A stretch of DNA of 64,000 nucleotides from a virus: the IMG/VR virus record IMGVR_UViG_3300021962_000059. One strand, 5' to 3'. A program made the translations under genes and the position numbers. The notes beneath the pieces are model-generated. The model was not told the origin of the DNA. It was given only the letters and a program-made list of their open reading frames with translations, and did no database searches. Of the stretch, positions 16,030-23,639 are shown in pieces. Position 1 is the first letter of the stretch; the number at the start of each line of letters is the position of its first letter.

Positions 16030-18889
16030 AAATCTCTCAAAGATAAAAACAGCAACCGAAAAATATCGACTTGTTAACACCAAAGAAGAAATTGTTTTTC
16101 CTCAATTACAAGAGGGAAAACAAGCTTTATTTGGAACAATTGATGCTGATGTAATCTTCTATGGCGGAGGCGCAGGAAGTGGAAAAGCAGGACGTGCATC
16201 CAAGACAGGAAAAGCGATTCGAGATAAAATGCTTTCTATGGCGGATGCGCTTTTAGGGAAAAAACTATTATCATATAATAGTAGTTTTAATGAATCGCAA
16301 ATGAAAGATTCAAAGGTCTTGGGATGGAGTGGTCAATGGATTGACTTCTCTGATCTTAAAGTCGGGGATAAGATTATGAATCCTGATGGCCAGTATCAAG
16401 AAATCATCCAAATTCATGAACAGGGATTCAAACAATTTTATCGGGTTTCTTTTGAAGACGGTACAAGTACAGAATGCTGTGGTGATCATTTATGGTCTTT
16501 TTGGGAATCTCGCCGTAATAGCCGCAGGAAGTCTAGTAATGGGATTAATCGAATTGAGTCGAATCTGACACCTCGAGGATGGAATACTAATTACATTACA
16601 AGAGCAAGGGTTAAGGATACTAATTGGTTGATTACTGAAATTAGTAAAGGAAGACGATTTATTATTCCAATTAACGCGCCATTGCAATTTACGGCACTCA
16701 ACAGGTCTGATACTGGCAGAGCCTATTTTTATGGTTGTTTAATAGGTGATGGTTCTTATTGTAGTGATTCAATTGTCGTAACAACTTCTGATAAGTTTAT
16801 TGCTGATAAACTTGTTGATATTTTAGGGAAAGAAGCTACTGTTAAAACACGAACACCAATAAAAGATGACCGCTTAGAAGTTTTATCCGTCAATGCGACA
16901 AAAGTTCAATGGGTTAAATCTTGGATAAGCAACAATGAATATAAAGGAAAAAGAGCGTGGGAAAAAGTATTTCCCGACGGCTATTTATCAGCATCTCTTG
17001 ATTTTCGTTATGCGTTTGCTCAAGGTCTTTTTGATACAGATGGAACTGTTGGAGATAAAAAAAGAGAAGTCTCCTATTGCACAACCAGTAAAGATTTGGC
17101 TATTCAGGTAGCTTCTTTGGTTCGTTCTTTGGGTTATATGGCTAAGATTACGGAAAGACAACCAAAATATAGATACAAAGGGGAACATTTAGATGGTCGT
17201 ACGGCTTACGTTGTGGCTGTTGAGGGAAATCATCTTGAATTACTTTTTAGTTTGCCGCGTAAAGTTAAACGAGCGAAAATACTTGGACAATTCAATGGAG
17301 GATCAAGTTGGCCGGGTAAAAGAATTGTTTCTATTGAACCAACTGAAATTGATTACGCTCGTTGTATTACTGTTAGTAATCCAAATCATCTTTATTTAAC
17401 AGACGATTATATAGTTACGCATAATAGCTTCGCATTATTAGCCGATTTTGCCCGTCAAGAATTTGTCAGCAATCCTGACTATCGGGCTGTTATTTTTCGC
17501 CGGACTTACCCTGAATTTACTCAAGCGGGCGGTTTAATAGATGAAAGCCAAAAAATCTATCAGGCAATAAAAGGCAATTTTATCGAAAAACCTCCGGGGT
17601 GGCGATTTCCATCTGGATCAAAAATAGCTTTTAGGCATTTACAATACGAAAAAACTGTCTATGTTTATCAAGGGGGGCAAATTGCAAAAATAGGTTTTGA
17701 TGAATTGACTCACTTTACAGAAGAGCAGTTTTTCTATCTTCTCTCTAGAAACCGATCTGTATCAGGGATTAAACCAGCAGTTAGAGCAACTTGTAACCCT
17801 GACGCTGACTCTTGGGTAGCTAGTTTTATCTCTTGGTGGATCGACCCTAAAACTGGGTATGCTATCGAGGAAAGAGCGGGAATAGTTAAATATTTTATTA
17901 GGCAAGGGGGCGCGGTTCATTGGGCTGACAGTAAACAAGAATTAATTGATAAGTTTAGTCTTAAAGATGAACTTTTTGATATTATCCCTGATGATAAAAA
18001 AGAAAAGTTTTTATCAGATACAGATGTAAATATTACACCAGATAAACTGATCAAAAGTTTTACTTTTATTCCTGCTACAATCTTTGATAATCCAGCTTTA
18101 ATTAGAGTTAACCCTACCTATTTGGCTAACCTTTACGCTTTACATCCTATTGAGCGGGAAAGACTTCTCAGGGGTAATTGGAAGATTAAATATGAATCTG
18201 GCACTGTATTTGATCGGACTTGGTTTGAGATACTCGATAAAGTACCCGATGATTGGAGACTAATAGGTAAGGTGAGGTTTTGGGATTTAGCGGCAACTGC
18301 TAAAGAGAATGCTGAAAACTATCACTGTTATACCAGTGGCACTCTTGTTTATAAGTATCAAAGAATTAAAAATACACTGCCAGATTCAACTGAGATTAAA
18401 GAATTTGCTTATGTGATTGCTGATAATATCTGTGAGCAGAAAAAGGTCGGGGAAGTGGAGTTAATGCTCAAAAATACTGCTGAATTAGATGGTAGAACCG
18501 TAGCCGTAAGATGGGAACAGGAAGGGGGATCGAGCGGTAAATTTGTTGAAAATACGATTACTAATGTAATTAGGGAAAACCACCCGAACCATGATGTTAG
18601 AGCTATCGCACCTCAAGGGGATAAACTCACTAGGGCTTTACCCGTAGCAACGGCGGCTAGTAGAGGACAAGTCTTTATCTTGAGAGATGGGATATGGAAT
18701 ACTCGATTTTTAAATGCTTGTCAGGGTTTTGATGGCAGTAAAAAAACACCCCCGACTAACGATATTGTGGATAGCTTATCAGGGGCTTTCTATTCTCTTG
18801 AAAATGAGTTTCAGGGACATGAGGAGGTTATTAGTGCGATTGTTACTAATATTCCCATTAATCGGTTTAGGGGCGGTTTTAGTCGCTAG
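16013..18889 (+). CDS. terL: Terminase large subunit, interrupted by an intein in the Walker A P-loop
   Basis: The exteins rejoin as YGGGAGSGK|SFALLADF (Walker A). Also present: Walker B IGFDELTHF, RATCNPD, and a C-terminal nuclease region. The mature protein would be about 545 aa. Confidence 0.85.
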   Translation: MKLSYKNLSKIKTATEKYRLVNTKEEIVFPQLQEGKQALFGTIDADVIFYGGGAGSGKAGRASKTGKAIRDKMLSMADALLGKKLLSYNSSFNESQMKDSKVLGWSGQWIDFSDLKVGDKIMNPDGQYQEIIQIHEQGFKQFYRVSFEDGTSTECCGDHLWSFWESRRNSRRKSSNGINRIESNLTPRGWNTNYITRARVKDTNWLITEISKGRRFIIPINAPLQFTALNRSDTGRAYFYGCLIGDGSYCSDSIVVTTSDKFIADKLVDILGKEATVKTRTPIKDDRLEVLSVNATKVQWVKSWISNNEYKGKRAWEKVFPDGYLSASLDFRYAFAQGLFDTDGTVGDKKREVSYCTTSKDLAIQVASLVRSLGYMAKITERQPKYRYKGEHLDGRTAYVVAVEGNHLELLFSLPRKVKRAKILGQFNGGSSWPGKRIVSIEPTEIDYARCITVSNPNHLYLTDDYIVTHNSFALLADFARQEFVSNPDYRAVIFRRTYPEFTQAGGLIDESQKIYQAIKGNFIEKPPGWRFPSGSKIAFRHLQYEKTVYVYQGGQIAKIGFDELTHFTEEQFFYLLSRNRSVSGIKPAVRATCNPDADSWVASFISWWIDPKTGYAIEERAGIVKYFIRQGGAVHWADSKQELIDKFSLKDELFDIIPDDKKEKFLSDTDVNITPDKLIKSFTFIPATIFDNPALIRVNPTYLANLYALHPIERERLLRGNWKIKYESGTVFDRTWFEILDKVPDDWRLIGKVRFWDLAATAKENAENYHCYTSGTLVYKYQRIKNTLPDSTEIKEFAYVIADNICEQKKVGEVELMLKNTAELDGRTVAVRWEQEGGSSGKFVENTITNVIRENHPNHDVRAIAPQGDKLTRALPVATAASRGQVFILRDGIWNTRFLNACQGFDGSKKTPPTNDIVDSLSGAFYSLENEFQGHEEVISAIVTNIPINRFRGGFSR
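16187..17425 (+). mobile_element. Intein (413 aa) with a double-motif LAGLIDADG homing endonuclease
   Basis: Starts at Ala59, right after the GSGK lysine, and ends ...IVTHN|S. Block B reads GDHLW. LAGLIDADG motifs YGCLIGDGSY and AQGLFDTDGTV. Block F reads RCITV. Confidence 0.8.
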
Positions 18890-19067
18890 TCCATCCACAA
18901 TGCCAAACGATACCAGAGGTACTAATATCAATGCGTTCTATTTCGACTGGGTTGTCATTTTTATTGCTAAAATAACGACACCAATGCCAGATAGCCTCTG
19001 GTTCGGATTTTGATGCGATAAGAAGACTGAATGACGTGACCGAATCTTTAATTAGATACAAATCCAT
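18879..19067 (-). CDS. Doubtful small ORF (62 aa) downstream of the higA-like gene
   Basis: Converges on terL and overlaps its end by 11 nt. No motif recognised. Confidence 0.25.
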   Translation of the reverse strand: MDLYLIKDSVTSFSLLIASKSEPEAIWHWCRYFSNKNDNPVEIERIDISTSGIVWHCGWTSD

Positions 19068-19095
19068 AAATCCTCGTTAATAGTTGTAAAATATC

Positions 19096-19374
19096 CTAAT
19101 CGATTTGATTTACTAGGGATTCTCGGTAAAGTCTTTCACGCTCTATCCAGAAACGAGCAGAAGGTACGCCTAAAGCTAACTCCATTTTGTAGGCAATACG
19201 GATAGTAATTTCTGCTTTACCTTTTATGATTTGATTGATAGTCTTTTTTGGCAACCCCATTCGATTGGCAAATTCAGTTCTAGTTATTTTTCTTTCCTTT
19301 AGGATGCCAGCAAGGGTTTCTCCTGGTGGAGAAACCCAATCGGGTGTAAATCTGTTCTCAATAGTATTAGTCAT
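19096..19374 (-). CDS. higA: HigA-type XRE-family antitoxin-like HTH protein
   Basis: PPGETLAGILKERKITRTEFANRMGLPKKTINQIIKGKAEITIRIAYKMELALGVPSARFW matches the HigA/VapI antidote pattern. Confidence 0.65.
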   Translation of the reverse strand: MTNTIENRFTPDWVSPPGETLAGILKERKITRTEFANRMGLPKKTINQIIKGKAEITIRIAYKMELALGVPSARFWIERERLYRESLVNQID

Positions 19375-19377
19375 GAA

Positions 19378-19920
19378 TTAATCTTCGTTATGTAAAAAAT
19401 CGTGAACAAAATAATTGACAACTTTGATAGCCTCTTTAGTTTTTGGGATAAAATCAAGGTCTAAAGCAATAAAAACAAAAGGGTCTTTTGTTTTTATTGT
19501 ATTTTCTAGCTTGTGAAAACAAGATATATCTAATAATAAAATATCTCCTGCTTTTACTGTTAGTCTTTGAGTGTCTTTTCTGCGAACTAACAGATTATCT
19601 ATTTGTTTATTGGGAATACTAAAGTAATCTGTTTTTAGGAGTTTTTCTATTTTTTTATTATTTACTGGGGATGCGTAAAGTTCATAACGATCACTTTCAA
19701 TAACTAAAATAATTGAGTATTTTCTGTCATCATTAATGTCATCGACGTGCCATTCTACTCCTAGCGTCCCCCATAAAGCATGAGAGTAATCGGACATATC
19801 ATAGAGAGGTGTCACATAATTATGTCTTATAGGAAATTTGACAGTAAAACAAGGATTATTTGCTATTTTGCTTAGATTGTCTAGATTATGGTATTTACCT
19901 AGTTTATGCAAAGATTTCAT
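19378..19920 (-). CDS. Cupin / 2OG-Fe(II) oxygenase-like protein (180 aa)
   Basis: Has an HxD...H arrangement (EWHVDD ... VKAGDILLLDISCFHK) typical of the double-stranded beta-helix fold. It ends 3 nt before the higA-like start. Confidence 0.4.
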   Translation of the reverse strand: MKSLHKLGKYHNLDNLSKIANNPCFTVKFPIRHNYVTPLYDMSDYSHALWGTLGVEWHVDDINDDRKYSIILVIESDRYELYASPVNNKKIEKLLKTDYFSIPNKQIDNLLVRRKDTQRLTVKAGDILLLDISCFHKLENTIKTKDPFVFIALDLDFIPKTKEAIKVVNYFVHDFLHNED

Positions 19921-19938
19921 TTTTTTGTTTGGTTGAGG

Positions 19939-19968
19939 ATTACTAACTGATAACTGGTAACTGATTAC
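19939..19968 (-). repeat. Phased heptamer repeat leader
   Basis: Minus strand reads TCAGTTA CCAGTTA TCAGTTA GTAATCC ... ATG 19920. Confidence 0.85.
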
Positions 19969-20462
19969 CTACCAAATAAAAAAGATGCAGCGCCAAGTAA
20001 ATACACCCATTCTTCTTCAAGCATTAATTCCGTTTTAGAAGGATCAGCTATATCAAATAAACAAAAGTCAACTTCATCTATACGATCACCGTCGTAATAT
20101 AACTCAATATCAGTTTCTGGAAATACTGTCATAAAGCTAAATTTAAATACGGCATCTTGACGATTCTCGCAAGTTAATGTAGCTGAATGACTTGGATTTT
20201 CCCACGGAATACGATCTCTAAAGTTTTGATAGGTTACTTTTAACTTCCAGTCAATAATTGAGGGAAAATCTTCTTTAAAATGATTTTCCTTTACCCATTT
20301 AGCAATTTCGTCTATTATCCATCCTTGATCCTTTTGGATAAAATAGTGAATGCCCTCTGAATATCGAAACGGATAAATTAACTTTGTTTCGTACCAGTCC
20401 AACTTAAATTCTTGCGGTTCCGATTTTATCTTAGGAAATTGTCCTATGTCTATTATTGTCAT
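19965..20462 (-). CDS. DUF6876-like protein (165 aa), distant paralogue of 20520..20858
   Basis: YPFRYSEGIHYFIQKDQGWIIDEIAKW parallels YPFEYTDGIKYLAENGGAYWLLDAIASW in the neighbour. Confidence 0.45.
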   Translation of the reverse strand: MTIIDIGQFPKIKSEPQEFKLDWYETKLIYPFRYSEGIHYFIQKDQGWIIDEIAKWVKENHFKEDFPSIIDWKLKVTYQNFRDRIPWENPSHSATLTCENRQDAVFKFSFMTVFPETDIELYYDGDRIDEVDFCLFDIADPSKTELMLEEEWVYLLGAASFLFGR

Positions 20463-20482
20463 AATTTTTACTCCTAATTTTT

Positions 20483-20518
20483 TACTGATATCTGATAACT
20501 GATTACTGATAACTGAGA
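20483..20518 (-). repeat. Phased heptamer repeat leader
   Basis: Minus strand reads TTCTCAG TTATCAG TAATCAG TTATCAG ATATCAG TAAAAAA TTAGGAG ... ATG 20462. Confidence 0.85.
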
Positions 20519-20519
20519 A

Positions 20520-20858
20520 TTAATATTCACTAGATAGCAACAAAACACCGTCATACAACCAAAGCGTGACCTCTGGAATAGGAAAATCGGTAAATGGTAT
20601 CTGCTGAGTTACAACAAGTCCATCGTCTTGTTCGCAGCTAAGAACTGCCGAGTTATCGGCATTAACTATCAGCATCCAAAACTGAATCTGGCTTGAATCA
20701 AGTTCTTTTTGCCATGACGCAATGGCATCAAGCAACCAGTAAGCTCCTCCATTTTCTGCTAAATACTTGATGCCGTCAGTGTACTCAAATGGGTAATTTT
20801 TATTGCGGTAATAGTTTTCAGTACCCGTAAAATTGCTAAGATTTTCTAGTTTGTTCAT
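20520..20858 (-). CDS. DUF6876-like protein (112 aa)
   Basis: FTGTENYYRNKNYPFEYTDGIKYLAENGGAYWLLDAIASWQ matches my recollection of the DUF6876 signature seen on plasmids and phages. Confidence 0.5.
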   Translation of the reverse strand: MNKLENLSNFTGTENYYRNKNYPFEYTDGIKYLAENGGAYWLLDAIASWQKELDSSQIQFWMLIVNADNSAVLSCEQDDGLVVTQQIPFTDFPIPEVTLWLYDGVLLLSSEY

Positions 20859-20880
20859 GATTTTAGTCTCCTAAATAATT

Positions 20881-20932
20881 GTTAGCTGACAACTGATTAC
20901 TGATAACTGATTACCGATAACTAATAACTGCT
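20881..20932 (-). repeat. Phased heptamer repeat leader (longest, about 7 units)
   Basis: Minus strand reads CAGTTAT TAGTTAT CGGTAAT CAGTTAT CAGTAAT CAGTTGT CAGCTAA CAATTAT TTAGGAG ... ATG 20858. Confidence 0.9.
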
Positions 20933-20934
20933 AT

Positions 20935-21207
20935 TTAGTCAGGAATACCATACCCATCTTCAAACCGTCCAGCGATCTGCTCATCAATCCATTGTCTTAT
21001 TTTTGGTGACAACTCAGCCACCGTAATAATCGGAGGCAGATTTAAATCAGGATAAAACATCACATAGTATTGTTCAATGCTTTTAAACGCTGGCCAAGGC
21101 AATACATCTTCATAGATAGTTAAAACTGTCAGTATGTGTTTTGAATCAACAACAAGAGCAACTTTGCCTGTGTTTGGAGAGATGCCTTCAATACGAATAC
21201 CTTTCAT
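20935..21207 (-). CDS. Hypothetical protein (90 aa)
   Basis: Intact ORF with a heptamer leader and a TTAGGAG SD. Confidence 0.5.
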   Translation of the reverse strand: MKGIRIEGISPNTGKVALVVDSKHILTVLTIYEDVLPWPAFKSIEQYYVMFYPDLNLPPIITVAELSPKIRQWIDEQIAGRFEDGYGIPD

Positions 21208-21230
21208 TTTTTTGACTCCTAAATAATTGT

Positions 21231-21260
21231 TGGCTGATAACTGATAACTGACAACTGATA
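21231..21260 (-). repeat. Phased heptamer repeat leader
   Basis: Minus strand reads CAGTTGT CAGTTAT CAGTTAT CAGCCAA CAATTAT TTAGGAG ... ATG 21207. Confidence 0.85.
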
Positions 21261-21262
21261 TA

Positions 21263-21754
21263 TTAAAACTCTTGCCATGTCATCGGATCAGACATTGGCT
21301 CGCTGTACCGACTTAAATCCGATGGCTCGGTATCTTCATAAATGAAGTCGTCATCAGGCTCATTTGAGGGGAATAAGTAAGGTCGTCCTGCACACTCTAT
21401 CCAATCTGAGTAACCAAAAATAGGTAACTGCGAAGGAACGCTAGAGCGCACAGGTTCAAATTCGATCTCAGGTAATTCGCAACCTGGGATTTTTTTCTCG
21501 GCATCAAAGCCACGGCGTAGTTTCCCATTAAAGGTATCGAAAAACCATTCACGCCCAGTCTTCTGGCAAATGACTCGGAGGGTCGTGATTTGACCCTCTC
21601 CCCATACTTCGAGGGATACACGGTGTTTTTGACCTCGGGCGATCATAGTGAAATCACCAGAGGTAATGGGGGCTTTGACGGAAACGCGATTGGATGGTAT
21701 CATGGCTTTGACCTTTACTAGGGTTGACGGAAAGGCGATCACACTAATTTGCAC
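21263..21754 (-). CDS. Hypothetical protein (163 aa; the start may be the internal Met at 21706)
   Basis: Intact ORF downstream of a TTGACA-N18-TAATAT promoter. Confidence 0.45.
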   Translation of the reverse strand: MQISVIAFPSTLVKVKAMIPSNRVSVKAPITSGDFTMIARGQKHRVSLEVWGEGQITTLRVICQKTGREWFFDTFNGKLRRGFDAEKKIPGCELPEIEFEPVRSSVPSQLPIFGYSDWIECAGRPYLFPSNEPDDDFIYEDTEPSDLSRYSEPMSDPMTWQEF

Positions 21755-21784
21755 TTGGGAGTGGTCGTCTTTCTCTATATCTGT

Positions 21785-21814
21785 ATATTACAATCATACT
21801 TGTAATATTGTCAA
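21785..21814 (-). promoter_or_regulatory. Sigma-70-type promoter CTTGACAATATT-N-TAATAT
   Basis: -35 TTGACA (21814-21809), 18 bp spacer, -10 TAATAT (21790-21785). The same GAATTGTCAAG-type box reads TTGTCA on the plus strand, toward the cro-like gene. Confidence 0.5.
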
Positions 21815-21867
21815 GGGGTATTCCAAAAAAAGTTATAATAAATATATCGAGTGCAAAAACTAATACA

Positions 21868-22071
21868 ATGGTACTAAAAAACAGGGTCAAGGAATTTACG
21901 GAGAACAAAGGTATTACGATTTACAAGTTTGCTAAAGATGTAGGCATATCCTTTAATACGGGGTATAGATTATCAAATGATCCGACTCACTTACCCTCTA
22001 TTACTGTCTTAGAAGCAATCTGTGATTATTATAAGGTCGATCCTAACGAAATTATCTATCGCATTGATTGA
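21868..22071 (+). CDS. Cro/CI-type XRE-family HTH regulator (67 aa)
   Basis: Start moved to the internal ATG (MVLKNRVKEFTENKGITIYKFAKDVGISFNTGYRL...), giving a typical XRE HTH protein. Confidence 0.6.
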   Translation: MVLKNRVKEFTENKGITIYKFAKDVGISFNTGYRLSNDPTHLPSITVLEAICDYYKVDPNEIIYRID

Positions 22072-22091
22072 AAGTGTGATATGCTAGTAAA

Positions 22092-22164
22092 GCGGGGTGA
22101 GTGAAATGGTTTCCACATAGGCCTCATAAGCCTAAAACACTAAGTTCGACTCCTAGACCCCACA
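22092..22164 (+). tRNA. Degenerate tRNA-like gene, anticodon CAU (Met or Ile2 type)
   Basis: The cloverleaf can be drawn: acceptor GCGGGGT/ACCCCAC (C2-A71 mismatch), a D arm with GG, anticodon stem TAGGC/GCCTA with loop CTCATAA, and T arm CTAAG-TTCGACT-CCTAG (one mismatch). G replaces U at position 8, and no CCA is encoded. Confidence 0.4.
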
Positions 22165-22168
22165 CTAA

Positions 22169-22462
22169 TTAAACAAAATCCCAATTAAGAGAATTATTAA
22201 ATTCTTGTATATCAGCAAGGGCTTTTTCCCCTGATTGGGTAATCCGATAGTATCTTTTTCTAGCACCGCCTCTATCGTTAGATCGCTCGGTTCCCCATCG
22301 GGATTTAATGAGTTCTTTTTCCTCTAATTTCTGGAATACAGAGTAAAACAAGCCAATATCAAGGCTTTTACCTTTAATATCAGCTATAGATTGAATTATC
22401 TGCAATCCTGATAATTCTTTATTGTAAAGAGTCCGCAAAACAAGGATTTCTTTAGGTCTCAT
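22169..22462 (-). CDS. PadR-family transcriptional regulator
   Basis: LSGLQIIQSI...LFYSVFQKLEEKELIKSRW...GGARKRYYRITQSGEKAL is the PadR winged-helix pattern. Confidence 0.7.
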   Translation of the reverse strand: MRPKEILVLRTLYNKELSGLQIIQSIADIKGKSLDIGLFYSVFQKLEEKELIKSRWGTERSNDRGGARKRYYRITQSGEKALADIQEFNNSLNWDFV

Positions 22463-22536
22463 CTAAATATGGTATAATATTGATACGCCCCCGCGTTAAC
22501 GGGGGACTAACCACAATTACTACTACACAGTAAATC

Positions 22537-23217
22537 ATGACTGATTCTAGTTTACAGCGTTTTGATCAAGATGGTATCGAACTGATTATCAATACCGAGA
22601 CTGGCGAAAGCTTTGCTACGGTGCGAGGATATGCCCGTATGTCTGGAAAAACACACACAACAATTTTACGGCGTTTAAAGGTGGTAACACCCGATGTTTT
22701 AAATCATGCTCAAATCCAGACAGCAGGCGGGCTACAACAATCAATGCTAATACCTATTAATATTGTTACGTCCATGCTTTTAAGTGATTATAATCAGACG
22801 CCAACGCAAAAACTATTTGAGTCTTTAGTGGCAATTTACAAGCATCAAGGGTTAGATACCAGTGGTTTTAATTTACACAATTTTAACAAAGATAAATCAA
22901 GGGTTTTAAAAGTCCGTGACAGAGAAAAGCAAATACAATTGGCTTATCAATCAAAATATGGGGGAGTAATAGAACATTCTACCGCTAACGGACGAATAGA
23001 TCTACTTACCGACACTACGATTTATGAGTTTAAATCGTTTAAAAATTATAAAGATTGCTTAGGTCAGCTACTTGCTTATCATGACTGCATCCCTGAAGCT
23101 AAACTTGTAGCTGTTTTATTTGGTGTACCTAAAGCAATAGCCTTTAATAGTCCAGAATGCAATCGGATAAAATCCTTGTTAAATAAATACGGAATTACAG
23201 CCGAATTTTTACGTTAA
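22537..23217 (+). CDS. DNA-binding protein B: N-domain shared with 13063..13767, C-terminal PD-(D/E)xK nuclease-like domain
   Basis: The N-terminus SSLQRFDQDGIELIINTETGESFATVRGYARMSGKTHTTILRRL matches gene A. In the C-terminus, GRIDLLTDTTIYEFK...QLLAY fits a D...ExK nuclease core. Confidence 0.55.
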   Translation: MTDSSLQRFDQDGIELIINTETGESFATVRGYARMSGKTHTTILRRLKVVTPDVLNHAQIQTAGGLQQSMLIPINIVTSMLLSDYNQTPTQKLFESLVAIYKHQGLDTSGFNLHNFNKDKSRVLKVRDREKQIQLAYQSKYGGVIEHSTANGRIDLLTDTTIYEFKSFKNYKDCLGQLLAYHDCIPEAKLVAVLFGVPKAIAFNSPECNRIKSLLNKYGITAEFLR

Positions 23218-23258
23218 CTGGGTCTATCGTGTTTCAATTGCGAAAACTCTACCCTAGA

Positions 23259-23303
23259 GGAACAAATCGAGTTAATGGGGGGATATTAGGCAAAAGCAGT
23301 AAA
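23259..23303 (+). repeat. 45 bp direct repeat, copy 1, flanking higA-2
   Basis: GGAACAAATCGAGTTAATGGGGGGATATTAGGCAAAAGCAGTAAA. Copy 2 at 23594-23639 is identical except for one extra A. Confidence 0.85.
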
Positions 23304-23327
23304 ACTGGTACATAAAGGAGTATAAAC

Positions 23328-23624
23328 ATGGTTCGCACACCTACCCATAGAAGACCCACCCATCCGGGTGAAATGCTGAACGAGGAATTTTTAAAGCCGA
23401 TGGGCATCACACAGAGTCAACTCGCTGATGCGATTGGGGTTCCTTACCAGCGAATTAATGAAATTGTCAACCGTCGCCGGGGGATTACCCCTAGCACCGC
23501 TTTAAGACTTGCTAAATACTTCCAAGTCTCTCCTGATTTTTGGTTGAATCTTCAAACCCGATTGGATTTGTTTGACACTAAACAGAAAGAGGGGGAACAA
23601 ATCGAGTTAATGGGGGGATATTAG
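23328..23624 (+). CDS. higA: HigA-family antitoxin-like HTH protein (98 aa)
   Basis: HPGEMLNEEFLKPMGITQSQLADAIGVPYQRINEIVNRRRGITPSTALRLAKYFQVSPDFWLNLQ is the canonical HigA antidote signature. Confidence 0.75.
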   Translation: MVRTPTHRRPTHPGEMLNEEFLKPMGITQSQLADAIGVPYQRINEIVNRRRGITPSTALRLAKYFQVSPDFWLNLQTRLDLFDTKQKEGEQIELMGGY

Positions 23625-23639
23625 GCAAAAAGCAGTAAA
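23594..23639 (+). repeat. 45/46 bp direct repeat, copy 2 (includes the last 10 codons of higA-2)
   Basis: See copy 1. Copy 1 encodes an orphan ...EEQIELMGGY* tail with no start codon. Confidence 0.85.

Noticed and set aside
16386-19013. ORFs nested in or overlapping terL (16386..16568, 16490..16687, 16988..17188, 17193..17399, 18714..19013)
   Set aside because: They are out-of-frame or antisense segments inside a gene with clear terminase and intein motifs. 18714..19013 merely extends past the terL stop in another frame.
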